A stretch of DNA of 64,000 bases from Giardia intestinalis (GCA_000002435.2 CM018791.1); one strand, 5' to 3'; positions 20,115-30,601 are shown, numbered from the stretch's first letter. Numbers and translations: made by a program. The notes: generated from the letters alone by a model not told the origin.

Positions 20115-23100
20115 TTAGTCAATCATCCCAAGACTCTTGTCCAGCTGAGCTATTAGATTCCGTATATCTTCTTTAGCCATTGTGGTAGGCGGCATACTGG
20201 GTTGGGATCCAGTTGTGCTAAGAGGATACACAGACACACTAGTACTCGGTCGGGTGAAGGAAGTCATGCTTGGTGGATTGGTTCCGTAGCCTGGGCTGCT
20301 TAGGCCAATGTTCAAAGGACCCGCAGTTAATGAGGTTGGTGGGGCCCCAGTAATATTGGCTATGTCTCGCGCAAGGCCACTTTCAATAGACGTTCTCTGT
20401 TCCAAAAGATTAATTCTGCTTTCTGCTTTGCGGCGCCGTTCCTCTGTATCAAAAAGCATCCGATCTTCAACAGCCTTCCTAGCCTTGATCTCTTCCTCTA
20501 GTTGCAAGCTAAGGCGGCCTATCATTTCGTCTCGCTCTACTAGACCATTATGTTTAGCAGTAAGATCGCTTGTCAAATCGCGGATCTTAACTTGTAATTG
20601 CTCGATTTCTTTGTTGAGAAAGTTCACCATGTTGTCCATGTCTCTACGCTGATTATCATTTATGCTCAGCTGTCCTTCGAAGTTTGCAGACATGACCTTG
20701 TACTGAGCGATTGTGTTAGTCATCTCGCGGATCTGAAGGTTGAGTTCATTGATATTGAGCTCATATTGTTTTGCACTTTCTGACGCCCTCTCTAGCTCTC
20801 TCTTGTACATCTCGACGTCTGAGCGGATCTGATCATTGTCTTTATGTAGCTCCTGGTTCTGATATTCTGCGTTATTCAGCTTGAACTTTATTTGATCTCT
20901 GTCCTTGACAACGGATTCATACTCATCAATGGCCACGAAATCGGTCTTCATCTCAGTCTGCATTCCCGAAAAGCGTGTTCCGAGATCGAGTAGTTGGCAA
21001 TTGAGGTCGTTGATTTTGTTACGGAGAATCTCGTTTTCGCCCTGAACCTGTGTGACAAAGGACTCCTTTTCGGTGAGTCCATTATACAGATTATCATTTC
21101 TCTTGATCATGTACTTGCAGATATCCATTGCCAACTCTGCAAGAGTGAGCGGTCGCTGTACATATATGCCCAAGCTTATACCACCTAGTGTGCGACCAGA
21201 CATGATACTTGTGTAGCGGAGAGAAGAGTATACAGCCGTTGTAGGATTCGGTGCAAGAGCCATGACGTCGAGAAGCTTCACAATGGCGCGAGCCCGATCG
21301 TCTCGTGCAGACATAGCAAAACCACCATACCTGTAGTCTGAAAGAAGACGCACGTGATTCTGAAGGGCCTGGCAGAACTTGGCAGATAGCTCGAGGATGG
21401 GTGGCGGTGTCACTTCAACTCCGGCTAAAGTCGTCGTGGTTCCACCTATCGCAGTTCCGGAAAGGCCACGGGTGCTCGCCAGTGAACTATATGTGGTGGT
21501 GCCAAGAGGCCCAGCTGTTGCTGTTCCGGAGAAGGTCGCATTAGTGGGAGGGAGGAGAGGAATCGAGTTGACCTGGAGCAAGTTGTTAAGTCTTTCTTCA
21601 ACGGATCGGGTGTAGCTTCTATGATCGCCCATTGTTTGCTCTAAGCGTGACAAAAAGGTGATAACGTGGACGGCAACACGTAACTTTGACACAGTCCTGT
21701 TAAGACGGTTTTTCTTTGGATCAGAAGACTCCTCGTAACGAAGAAGAATCTCTCTTGTACTTGATATCTCGAATAGGGCTCGGTTAAGAAGTGTGGCAGC
21801 CAGCTCTTTGGAACAATGGATGCGCTTCAGCCTGTCCTGATCATCGCTGACCTCGCGCAATAAACAAAGAATTGTCTGGCCCGAAACAATCAAATTCGTA
21901 GTTAAAGTATTGTTTTCTGTTTCTAACTGCATCAAGCGTCCCGTTTGCTCCACCAGCTTCCGCTTCCCGCTTTCCAGTTCAGCAAGGCTGTCTGTAGTAT
22001 TGTTTGATAGCTCGCGGTTCTGAAGCTCCAATTGTGTATACTTTGTTCCCAGCTCGTCATTCTCCCTATTGAGAAGCTGAATCTCTTGCTGAAGCTTAGT
22101 TATATATGTTGCTGCATTGGAAGCAACATCTGATACCGATCCAGAACCCTTCGTACTACTCAAGTCTCCGGGAAGCATCGACTGTAGTTGGAGATTGGTC
22201 GCAGTCATGTTGATTCCTGTACTAGCCCCGAATGACTTACTCATTGCTGTACCTGATAAGTCTCCTTGCATGGCCAGGGCGTTCGCGCTTGAGGAAAGAT
22301 ATTTCTTTGATGAAGCCAGACTAGCCACGAGCATTTGAATGGCGCTATTAGATTCAACACGCAGCTTTTCTAGCTCTGTTGCAATCTTGTCGCGCTGAAT
22401 CTTCAACTCATCCATGTCTTTGGAGAGTGAGTCATAACCGGAATTGTTCCGGGCCATGGCTGTCTCCATACGAGCCAGCTCGATCTGGAGGGCCTCCTTG
22501 GCATCCGAAAGCTCTATGTTCTCCCTACGCATGGCAGAGATGTTCTTCTCTGCCTTGAGACAGTCATCTTCCAAGGATTTGACTTTGCTGCATTCGGAGC
22601 GCAGCTTAGCCAGGACAGAACTAAAGCAAGAGTAAAGGCTAGTTTCACGGTACTTGTCTAAGTCTGTTGCCGCTTGTGTGGGGTCCTCATTGTTAATAAT
22701 ACATCTGGTATAGTTGCTTATGGCAATACCGGCCTCCCGCTCGCTAGTCAAATGTTGATCAAGAAAGTTTTTCTGATGAAGCAATTGTTCGTTCTCTTCC
22801 GTCAACAGACGCATCTTCTTGCGCAGTTGAGAGGCCTCATCGTCAAGGTTCTTGAAATAGTCCATACGCTTCTTTGTCTCGTTAGAGTCATTTTCCATAG
22901 CCTTCATCTTGGAATCGATGACACTCAGGTCACCACGCGCCTGCTGAAGCTCGGCTTTTGTTCTCATCCACTCTTCACTTTCTTCCTTGTATTTTTCGCG
23001 AAGCATTCTTAGGTCATCTTCTGCGTGCTTCTGCATATTTAACTTCAATTTCAAGTCATCAACCTCCACTTTTAACTGCTTGTTTAGTTCTTTAAGGCTG

Positions 23101-23777
23101 GAAATCTCGTGAGTTGCCGACTCATATCGCGCCGTATGGATCTCTAGATCCTGTGCAGCCTTTCGAGAGACCAAGCGCTCGTCCTGTAGCTCTATTTCGG
23201 TATTAGATAACTTGGTGGTCAGCTGCTTCAACTCCTCAGTGCGAGCTGTCAAGCGAGATTCAAGACGATGCACGAGGTCTTCACGACGGGCATAATCTTC
23301 TCGTAAGCTATTCACCTGAGCCTTTGCTTGCTGTAGGGCTTCGACCAGAGCTTGGCGCTCCCCTGCAGATTCTGCGACTGTGCGACGCAAAGCCATATCC
23401 TTCGACTTGAGCTCCGATGCTATGTGGGCATTATCGCGCTCAAGCGCAAGGGTCTTTAGCCGCGCATTGTTAAGCTCTTTGCCACGAGCTATAGACTCGC
23501 TTGTGACGCTATCCAGGTTAGATTGCATCGTGTGAAAAGCTGGCAGAGGAACTCCAAGAGCTTGGCCCCCTGCACCATCAAAGTGCTGCCGCGCTGCTGG
23601 TTTAATCACTAGCCCGCTCGGATCAGATGTTCCGTTTGGAACGCCTCCAATAGACGAAAAGGAGGCAGATGGGGGATTCAGAGATGACTCTGTAAGTCCT
23701 GTAGACATGCCTGTCAAGAGACTCTTGCGTGCGTTTAGCCGTTCCGCTATGCGATGGGCCAGGGTGGGGTCCGTCAT
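20115..23777 (-). CDS. large coiled-coil protein (1220 aa)
   Basis: ATG at 23777 is preceded by 'cgataaaaaacagaatttcttgt'. Long heptad-like stretches rich in E, K, L and Q, with Ser/Thr-rich patches. Confidence 0.7.
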   Translation of the reverse strand: MTDPTLAHRIAERLNARKSLLTGMSTGLTESSLNPPSASFSSIGGVPNGTSDPSGLVIKPAARQHFDGAGGQALGVPLPAFHTMQSNLDSVTSESIARGKELNNARLKTLALERDNAHIASELKSKDMALRRTVAESAGERQALVEALQQAKAQVNSLREDYARREDLVHRLESRLTARTEELKQLTTKLSNTEIELQDERLVSRKAAQDLEIHTARYESATHEISSLKELNKQLKVEVDDLKLKLNMQKHAEDDLRMLREKYKEESEEWMRTKAELQQARGDLSVIDSKMKAMENDSNETKKRMDYFKNLDDEASQLRKKMRLLTEENEQLLHQKNFLDQHLTSEREAGIAISNYTRCIINNEDPTQAATDLDKYRETSLYSCFSSVLAKLRSECSKVKSLEDDCLKAEKNISAMRRENIELSDAKEALQIELARMETAMARNNSGYDSLSKDMDELKIQRDKIATELEKLRVESNSAIQMLVASLASSKKYLSSSANALAMQGDLSGTAMSKSFGASTGINMTATNLQLQSMLPGDLSSTKGSGSVSDVASNAATYITKLQQEIQLLNRENDELGTKYTQLELQNRELSNNTTDSLAELESGKRKLVEQTGRLMQLETENNTLTTNLIVSGQTILCLLREVSDDQDRLKRIHCSKELAATLLNRALFEISSTREILLRYEESSDPKKNRLNRTVSKLRVAVHVITFLSRLEQTMGDHRSYTRSVEERLNNLLQVNSIPLLPPTNATFSGTATAGPLGTTTYSSLASTRGLSGTAIGGTTTTLAGVEVTPPPILELSAKFCQALQNHVRLLSDYRYGGFAMSARDDRARAIVKLLDVMALAPNPTTAVYSSLRYTSIMSGRTLGGISLGIYVQRPLTLAELAMDICKYMIKRNDNLYNGLTEKESFVTQVQGENEILRNKINDLNCQLLDLGTRFSGMQTEMKTDFVAIDEYESVVKDRDQIKFKLNNAEYQNQELHKDNDQIRSDVEMYKRELERASESAKQYELNINELNLQIREMTNTIAQYKVMSANFEGQLSINDNQRRDMDNMVNFLNKEIEQLQVKIRDLTSDLTAKHNGLVERDEMIGRLSLQLEEEIKARKAVEDRMLFDTEERRRKAESRINLLEQRTSIESGLARDIANITGAPPTSLTAGPLNIGLSSPGYGTNPPSMTSFTRPSTSVSVYPLSTTGSQPSMPPTTMAKEDIRNLIAQLDKSLGMID

Positions 23778-23824
23778 ACAAGAAATTCTGTTTTTTATCG
23801 AAAAGTGCCATTTACTGGGATCAA

Positions 23825-25348
23825 TTAAACATTGACTGAGCTTCTATTCTTTAGTTCTCGGTTCATAGTTGCTGCCTGCAGTAAAAATGCGTCAAATTCG
23901 TCTTCGTTCTGCGGGAGGGAAAGACCCGCTACCACTGCGGGTCTCACTCGGGAGAAATCTTGGGAAGCAGCTATAGAAGCCGCCTGATTACGTACATTTC
24001 CTGGGAAGGTGCCAGACCTCAAAGCATCTGCTCGTCCTACTGCCGCCTGCGTTGTCTCCGGTTGATGCAGGAAACGTACTGTATTTGGCCGCATTCCTGA
24101 ATCCATGGACGGAGGCCTTGGCCTTGCATGATCTAGTTCATCACGGAGCAGTTTGTTCTCCTGTTCTAAGCTAAAGTTCTTGGCTAATAACGATTCAACT
24201 CTACCCTGAAGCTCAATAATCTCCCCTTGCAGCTCATTCTCACGCAGTCCATTTCTGGCCTTTTCTTCAGATAGTGCTGTCTCCACTAGAGAAAGTTGCT
24301 CTTTGACCGCCTTGAGTCTCTCTTGCAGGGCTGTCTGAACACGCAGTGCTTGGTGGACGGTTTCATGATGGACAGCAACGTCTACGCTAGAGCGAGCATT
24401 GAAGCTACCTTTGTCAACGCCTTCGCCAATGCTTGTCATGGCAATGGAGTTCGAAGATCTGGTTCCCAGCGTACTTGCAACACCAGCGAGGCTATCGAGA
24501 GTCAGAGTCTGTGCTTGTCGTACATAGCTCAGCGTTTCAGCAAATGCCAGTTGCTTTATTGTGTCCTGGAATCTAGTATTGTCGTGGATCAGATTGTAGT
24601 CAACGCACGAAATGGTGAGAATCTGCGTCTCTGAACATGTCATGTTCTTGCCAGGATAAATGGGTTTCATGTGCTGAAGCATTTTTGACTCCCTCAACGC
24701 CAAAAGGGATCGCGTCGTAAGATGTTTATGAAGAGCTTGTAGGAGAGGCAGCTGCTGAGACGAAGCATCAAGGACCTTGAGCTCCGTTGTCGCACCTTTT
24801 TCTTGTATCCGCAAAAGAAAACCTGAGTGAGGATTCTGGACTCGTGCATACTCTTGAACAGCTCTTCCGAGTGTCCGCTCAAGGCAGATAGAATCGTCAG
24901 TGGAGCAGAAGTTGTGCTCCAGTAGTATCTTTTCTTGCATTGGAGCGATCTCGTTGAGGTATATGGCAGTTAACGTTACAAACCCGCCCTCGGTTATCTT
25001 CTTGAGCGCGAGTAGAAGGGTGCGTCTTACAATGGCGATGGATGTGTATGTCTTGCCGCTTGCAGGCAAGCCTAGAACTACAATTCCCATTGACCGCCGT
25101 CCATAAAGAACGTCCTCTGCGATTGATAGACAAGTGCTTTCATAGAATGCAGAAATGGGGTAGGAGGGGGTGAAAATCCTGTCAAACTTGAAGGACCGAG
25201 ACATTGAGAAAGTTAGTGAGCTAAGCTTCAGCGTGCACTGGTCCGTGGAGACCGCTAGTTCGGCAACCTCCTGCCGCCCAGGGACCGCAGACGGCCGAAT
25301 CCGGACCACATTCATTTTTTGGTCTGACCAGCCGGCATCCATGTTCAT
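23825..25348 (-). CDS. kinesin-like protein with a divergent motor domain (507 aa)
   Basis: N-terminal VVRIRP, FKFDRIF (kinesin FxFDxVF), P-loop GLPASGKTYT and YLNEI are followed by a coiled-coil tail. The switch I and switch II motifs are not cleanly recognisable. Confidence 0.55.
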   Translation of the reverse strand: MNMDAGWSDQKMNVVRIRPSAVPGRQEVAELAVSTDQCTLKLSSLTFSMSRSFKFDRIFTPSYPISAFYESTCLSIAEDVLYGRRSMGIVVLGLPASGKTYTSIAIVRRTLLLALKKITEGGFVTLTAIYLNEIAPMQEKILLEHNFCSTDDSICLERTLGRAVQEYARVQNPHSGFLLRIQEKGATTELKVLDASSQQLPLLQALHKHLTTRSLLALRESKMLQHMKPIYPGKNMTCSETQILTISCVDYNLIHDNTRFQDTIKQLAFAETLSYVRQAQTLTLDSLAGVASTLGTRSSNSIAMTSIGEGVDKGSFNARSSVDVAVHHETVHQALRVQTALQERLKAVKEQLSLVETALSEEKARNGLRENELQGEIIELQGRVESLLAKNFSLEQENKLLRDELDHARPRPPSMDSGMRPNTVRFLHQPETTQAAVGRADALRSGTFPGNVRNQAASIAASQDFSRVRPAVVAGLSLPQNEDEFDAFLLQAATMNRELKNRSSVNV

Positions 25349-25437
25349 TTACAAGTTAGTAAGCCCCCTTACGCAGCAAAACTAAAAGGGAATCTAGAGA
25401 AGAAGAAGACCTGTGTAGCTATAGCCACAAAAGCGTC

Positions 25438-27474
25438 CTATTCCCCTCCCTGACCGAGCTGCCTTGTGGAGGAGCCAGAGGCGCTTTTCTTCGTAGAATC
25501 CTTGTTATATCTGTACTGTGCCAAGGAATCAACAGGCCTTGCCGCCTTAATGATCTCGTAGTACTTCCTTGCCCTGTCAACTCTACGACGAAGCTCCTTG
25601 AATGAGAACCTGTCGTCCTTCAAGTACTCAGAAGGATATGTGTATATCTCGCGCTTCTCGCTCATAAACGTGACGCTTCGGTGCGCGACAACCACCTTGG
25701 AATGGTCAGCGAAGTTAACCTGAAACACCTTGGTATTGAATAGAAGGCAAAGAGTGCCGTCATCGTACAACTTCCACTTCTTAAGGAAGAGCTGTGGCAG
25801 AGGAAGCCCTTTTGTCAGTCGCTTGAAGTCTATCTCTTGATTATTCATGCGCTCTTGCTCAATGACCCTCTTCAGCTCCTCATCCTCCTTGGGACGATCG
25901 GCTGCTGGAATGGGCACAATAGACCTATTTTCAAGGTAGTCTCTAAAGAAGGACAAGAGCTTGAACTTCTTCTCCGAGAGAATGGTAGTCCCCTCTTCGA
26001 ACAAGGCCCTGTCAAAGGCAGCGTCTAGGAGAGACGGAGAATAGTCAACGATGAGAGCGTTGGGAGAGAGAATCGCAGCCGATTCATCGTTAAATATCAC
26101 GCCGATGCTGCCGTTGCTGATCTGGTAGGCAAACCCATACCGGTTGGAATAGTCCACCCAGGACATGATGTAGCACGGTGGGTCTATTTGTGGATACTCG
26201 GCTTCATTGATGCCATACTTATTGACCACACCCTGTGCAGATCCAACGTTCTGCATGGCCATCGCTGTGCTAGCGCGAGAGATGCCTGCTGCGCTCTTGG
26301 TCGTAAGTATTGCATTTTGAGGCTTGTAAAAGTTTGCGGTCCCAGGAGTTGGTATGTGCTCGGTACCCCCAATGGCCTGCGGAGTGGCTGCAATGAAACG
26401 ACCATCCGTTCCTCCGGCGTTCTTGGCCATGTTGATAGTCATCTGCATGTTGCGAGTCGGTGACGCAGAGCACAGAGGTGGAACTTCGTAGGGTTCCGAT
26501 ATGATCCTTGGTGGTAGGCTCTCTGGGATAAAGTACTTGGACGGATTAAGCCATGAGTGGTCCAAGCACTCCTTGACGGTAAACCGCTTGCGGGGATCTG
26601 GAGTTAGCAGGCCTTTGATGAAGTTCTTGAGGTCTTCACTCACAGAGATGGAGCCTGGGAAAGAAAAATCGCAACGAACGATGCGCTTGTAGGTCGTCTT
26701 GATGTCCGCGGCTTCAAATGGGGGCCTACCATATATCATTGAAAAGACAAGACAGCCAAATGACCACATATCAGCCGAAAAACTGTGCCCCTGACCCGAA
26801 TACGCTGGAAGAAGCTGGTGACAGAGATTTACGCAGTCCTCGTCCAAGTTCGGGTCTGGACCACGCCCGCTAGCCTTGCGTTTCATTATGTGCGAATATA
26901 TGACCTCTGAGGGGAGAAAGTTTGGCGTTCCACACATGGTCCAGTGCAGCTCCTCTGGAGTTTCGCACTTGACTGCAAGCCCAAAGTCCCCAACCTTCAC
27001 GTCGAAGTCTTCCATCAAAAAAATATTCGACGTCTTAATGTCCCGATGAATAATGTAGAGGTCGTGGAGATACCAAAGAGCATTGAGGATACGCTTGCTG
27101 AAGAAGCGTGCTTCTGTTTCTGTGAGGTGTTTCCGCCGCCTGATGAGATCTGTCAATGTACCTCCATTACACTTTTCAAGAATAATGTAGTAGTTCATTT
27201 GATCCTTAAAGACATTCAGAACTCTACAAATGTTGGGGTGAACAAGCCCCCGGTGGATGGTGACTTCCGTCACGAACTTATCATAGTACTTCTTCTTCTG
27301 GAGAGCCGAGCGTGGAGTAATTTTGCAGGCGTAGGAGGAGTCAGAGTTAACGTCGTGGAACTCGTAAACGTATGCAAAGCCGCCTTTTCCTAGTAGTTTT
27401 CCGGGACGGTAGGTCACGTTGTGAAAGGGGTCCACGATCTGAGGATGCAGTTCTGGGGCGTTGCTGTGGGACAT
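25438..27474 (-). CDS. PLK: polo-like kinase (678 aa)
   Basis: Kinase motifs GKGGFAYVY, HRDIKTSNIFL, VGDFGLA and GTPNFLPSEV, plus a polo box WVDYSNRYGFAYQISNGSIGVIFND. The start is set at the ATG at 27474, which is preceded by 'ctgtaaaattttatagcccc'. The ORF-track start at 27711 is a GTG. Confidence 0.85.
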   Translation of the reverse strand: MSHSNAPELHPQIVDPFHNVTYRPGKLLGKGGFAYVYEFHDVNSDSSYACKITPRSALQKKKYYDKFVTEVTIHRGLVHPNICRVLNVFKDQMNYYIILEKCNGGTLTDLIRRRKHLTETEARFFSKRILNALWYLHDLYIIHRDIKTSNIFLMEDFDVKVGDFGLAVKCETPEELHWTMCGTPNFLPSEVIYSHIMKRKASGRGPDPNLDEDCVNLCHQLLPAYSGQGHSFSADMWSFGCLVFSMIYGRPPFEAADIKTTYKRIVRCDFSFPGSISVSEDLKNFIKGLLTPDPRKRFTVKECLDHSWLNPSKYFIPESLPPRIISEPYEVPPLCSASPTRNMQMTINMAKNAGGTDGRFIAATPQAIGGTEHIPTPGTANFYKPQNAILTTKSAAGISRASTAMAMQNVGSAQGVVNKYGINEAEYPQIDPPCYIMSWVDYSNRYGFAYQISNGSIGVIFNDESAAILSPNALIVDYSPSLLDAAFDRALFEEGTTILSEKKFKLLSFFRDYLENRSIVPIPAADRPKEDEELKRVIEQERMNNQEIDFKRLTKGLPLPQLFLKKWKLYDDGTLCLLFNTKVFQVNFADHSKVVVAHRSVTFMSEKREIYTYPSEYLKDDRFSFKELRRRVDRARKYYEIIKAARPVDSLAQYRYNKDSTKKSASGSSTRQLGQGGE

Positions 27475-27620
27475 GGGGCTATAAAATTTTACAGAGCCAA
27501 AAAAATCCAAACTGCTGCTCGGGAGCTCCCACCGCAAAAGCCAAAATTTAAAGGGAAGCGGGTGCGAGCCCCGACTGGACTGAAGATAGAGTTTACACGA
27601 CCGTTCACCTCGGATGACGC

Positions 27621-28166
27621 CTACGCGAGCTCGACCTCGACCTCCGCGTCGCTGACAGGGCAAGGCAGCCTGATGATGGATCGGGACTGCTTCGTATCGT
27701 ACATGGCGCACGTGCTAAACCTCTCTATAACGTCGTCGTGCTCCGAAGTTGTGCCCTGGCTGAAAATCCACTTGACCTTGATTGCAGGGATCTCCTCGGC
27801 TCCGGATGCGTTGCGGACAGTGCAGATTGCGGACATGTGGTTGGGGGCGAGCGACATGATGAGTTCAAGCGTCACTATCTCCCCGGAGTTCTCCTCCGTG
27901 AGCTCCGTCCTCCAGAGGAAGCCGTCCCATCTGTCTAGGCGCTTGATCTCATATAGAAGGGCCTTACGATCGCCCAGGCTGTCGATCCCCATTTGCTTCA
28001 GATCATCCTCGGTGAGAAGCATCAGGGAGCGTCCGCAGACGTCGTGCTTGCGAAGTTGCTGATTGTACTTCTTCATGTCTATGGAGCTGAGCCAGACGGA
28101 TACGTCGTGCTTAGACCAGAACTCTACGGGCCATATCTTTGCAACAGGAGTGCGATCAGCGTCCAT
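27621..28166 (-). CDS. SAM-domain protein (181 aa)
   Basis: SAM-like block WSKHDVSVWLSSIDMKKYNQQLRKHDVCGRSLMLLTEDDLKQMGIDSLGDRKALLYEIKRL. The first ATG is at 28166; the ORF-track start at 28358 is a GTG. Confidence 0.5.
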   Translation of the reverse strand: MDADRTPVAKIWPVEFWSKHDVSVWLSSIDMKKYNQQLRKHDVCGRSLMLLTEDDLKQMGIDSLGDRKALLYEIKRLDRWDGFLWRTELTEENSGEIVTLELIMSLAPNHMSAICTVRNASGAEEIPAIKVKWIFSQGTTSEHDDVIERFSTCAMYDTKQSRSIIRLPCPVSDAEVEVELA

Positions 28167-28230
28167 CAAATTTTGGCTTTGTCGATTTTGCGGCGCATAC
28201 AATTCCAAATTAAATTTGTTTCTTCCCGGA
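28167..28230. promoter_or_regulatory. 64-bp bidirectional promoter region between divergent ATGs
   Basis: The AT-rich sequence 'caaattttggctttgtcgattttg...aattccaaattaaatttgtttc' sits between the ATGs at 28166 (-) and 28231 (+). Confidence 0.5.
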
Positions 28231-28914
28231 ATGGGTGTCGCCGAAGGGGATGCTGCGCAGGGAGCAGGGGTGCTCGTCGTCCCCGGAGACGGCCTCGTAG
28301 CCGGTTCGTGCACAGGGGGCTCTGAGGCGACGGTTCTTAACGGGGTCTTGCGGGCCACCGCAGTGTGCTACGCCGAAAACAAGGCCGGCGTTCTCAGCCT
28401 TTCCTCCCGTTTTGCACGCCTCTACACCCCGTATGAGGGGGACTCGATAGTGGGGGTGGTCATAGAGAGGGCCATTGATGGATATCTTGTCGACATACGG
28501 GCGGCGCTTCCTGCATTTATAGGCGCCACTGCATTCATTGGGGCGAGCCGTAAGAATCCTGTCCTTTTGAAGCCCGGAGATGCCATCTATGCGCGGGTCT
28601 CCAGCGCTCCCCTCGGCGCACAACCTCAGCTCACTTGCGCCCTTGATGGCCATATGGCTCTCAACACCGTTTCGGCGCACGGACGGGTGGTGTACGGAAC
28701 GCTGGCCATGGGTGCCGAGGCGGGATTGCTCTTTAAAAAACTGGCTAGATTAATTCCCTTCAAGGGCTTCGCAGGTCCGAACGGCCTGCTCTGGGTCACG
28801 GGATCTACCCTCTATGACTCTATTACGGCGCAGCGTTGCCTAGAGGACCCGCTGGAGATGGATGCGATCGCACAGGAGCGGGCTAACCTCATCTCTCGCG
28901 CCAGCACCACATAG
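28231..28914 (+). CDS. exosome complex RNA-binding subunit, S1/KH type (Rrp40-like), 227 aa
   Basis: N-terminal VLVVPGDGL, an S1-like block YEGDSIVGVVIERAIDGYLVDI...GDAIYARV, and a C-terminal KH-like segment. ATG at 28231 is preceded by 'aaattaaatttgtttc'. Confidence 0.5.
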   Translation: MGVAEGDAAQGAGVLVVPGDGLVAGSCTGGSEATVLNGVLRATAVCYAENKAGVLSLSSRFARLYTPYEGDSIVGVVIERAIDGYLVDIRAALPAFIGATAFIGASRKNPVLLKPGDAIYARVSSAPLGAQPQLTCALDGHMALNTVSAHGRVVYGTLAMGAEAGLLFKKLARLIPFKGFAGPNGLLWVTGSTLYDSITAQRCLEDPLEMDAIAQERANLISRASTT

Positions 28915-28967
28915 CACGTTTGATTGATAAGTTATGTAAACATTTTTCATGTTACAAAAATTAAAAA

Positions 28968-29624
28968 ATGACTAGTACAGGAAATGAGGATACAGCGGGT
29001 GCAAGGATGATACATATCAAAGCCGTAGTGGTTGGAGACGGCTCAGTGGGCAAGACCTGCCTTCTTTTTGTCTATGCGAATAACTCATTTCCAGAGGACT
29101 ACTTGCCAACAGTCTTTGACAACTATTCTGCCAACGTCGTTGTTGACAACTTGACGATAAATATTGGTCTCTGGGATACTGCGGGCCAGGAGGATTACGA
29201 CAAATTGCGACCCTTGAGCTATCCAGGGGCGCACGTATTTTTGCTCTGCTTTAGCGTCGTTTCCAGCACTTCGTTTGCAAACATCAGATCCAAATGGTAC
29301 ACAGAGGTCAAGGAGTACTGTCCAAACGTGCCGATGATCCTTGTCGGAACAAAGTATGACCTGCTGTCCGACGAGGCTTACCTGGCCAAGATGAAAGAGA
29401 AGAACCAATCCCCGGTGTCTGATGAACGTGCAGAGGAAGTTGCAAAAGAGATAAAGGCCATTAAGTACATTAGCTGCAGTGCCCGATGCCAACTTCGCGT
29501 AAAGGACGTGTTTGATAGTGCAATCCGCGCGGCTCTCAAGAATATGGGGATGATGGGTAGTGGGACTTCCAAGGCAGGAAAGAAAAAGGATGGATCTGGA
29601 AAGGGAAAGTGTGTTATATTCTAG
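28968..29624 (+). CDS. rac: Rho-family GTPase Rac (218 aa), C-terminal CAAX box CVIF
   Basis: G1 GDGSVGKT, effector region [10 protein letters not shown]3 [10 protein letters not shown]4 VGTKYDL, and a polybasic stretch before CVIF. Upstream sequence is 'gttacaaaaattaaaaaATG'. Confidence 0.85.
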   Translation: MTSTGNEDTAGARMIHIKAVVVGDGSVGKTCLLFVYANNSFPEDYLPTVFDNYSANVVVDNLTINIGLWDTAGQEDYDKLRPLSYPGAHVFLLCFSVVSSTSFANIRSKWYTEVKEYCPNVPMILVGTKYDLLSDEAYLAKMKEKNQSPVSDERAEEVAKEIKAIKYISCSARCQLRVKDVFDSAIRAALKNMGMMGSGTSKAGKKKDGSGKGKCVIF

Positions 29625-29753
29625 TCCTGTAAACTCTTGCCCAACAATGTAACTCTTTCTCGGTTGCTCTGGCCACGCTCTGGCTAGGTGGACCTGAGCT
29701 GCGGGGAGGCTGATAAATTAAATTGAGCAGGAAAAATCAAGCTTTAATCCTCA

Positions 29754-30590
29754 ATGGCCCGGTTCGCGGAGCTGGATGAATCATCCGATGAGCAGGCACC
29801 CACGGTTCGCACATTCAAAGTGACGGTGCTTGGAGATGGGAGTGTTGGCAAGTCTTCCATTTGTAGCAGATTTGCAAAAGATTTCTTCGCTACATCGTAC
29901 AAGCAGACCATCGGTGTGGACTTCTTTTCACAAACTGTGTGCCTCGACGACGGCAACAAGGTTACCTTTAACCTGTATGACATTGGAGGGCAATCAATTG
30001 GCTCCAAGATGCTTTCTGCATACATTTCTGGCACAAACGCACTCATTTTTGTCTATGACCTTACTAACGCCGAGTCTCTGGAGAACGTTGTGGAGTGGTA
30101 TGCCATGGCGAGAAGATCGGTTAAGTCGATGAAAGATGTCGTCGTCTATCTGGTAGGCAACAAGTCTGATCTTGCCACCCTCCGGGTCGTCCGGTCCTTT
30201 CGAAGCAATGAGATTTCTGCTGCCATTAATGCTTCCGCACATTTACTATTGTCGGCCTTGACTGGCGATCGCGTAGGCTTGCTCTTCATCAGCCTAGCAG
30301 GACGTTTGTGCGGAGTGGATGTAACCAGTATGATTCTCGATGGAAAGATGGGTCACACAGTGGAGGTAAGCAAGGATACCGAAGAGACCGTCAGTTGCAT
30401 CAACAAGGATCGATTTCTTGGTAATGCAGACACAGTTGACGGTGCTAGTGCTGTCGCCCGTGCAAAGGATCTGGAGAGTAGAATGGCGAAGAAGATACAG
30501 GAACTTGAGGGACAGGCGACTGGAATCCCTCATCAGACCCTGGTTGGTGTAGAGAGAGCAAAGCGATCCGGTCGGTGCGCTGTGATGTAG
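29754..30590 (+). CDS. Ras-superfamily small GTPase, Rab/Ras-like, with a C-terminal extension and CAAX box CAVM (278 aa)
   Basis: G1 GDGSVGKS, G2 Thr within TIGVDF, G3 YDIGGQS, G4 GNKSDL. A ~110-aa tail ends in CAVM. Confidence 0.65.
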   Translation: MARFAELDESSDEQAPTVRTFKVTVLGDGSVGKSSICSRFAKDFFATSYKQTIGVDFFSQTVCLDDGNKVTFNLYDIGGQSIGSKMLSAYISGTNALIFVYDLTNAESLENVVEWYAMARRSVKSMKDVVVYLVGNKSDLATLRVVRSFRSNEISAAINASAHLLLSALTGDRVGLLFISLAGRLCGVDVTSMILDGKMGHTVEVSKDTEETVSCINKDRFLGNADTVDGASAVARAKDLESRMAKKIQELEGQATGIPHQTLVGVERAKRSGRCAVM

Positions 30591-30601
30591 AGCCTTTATA
30601 T

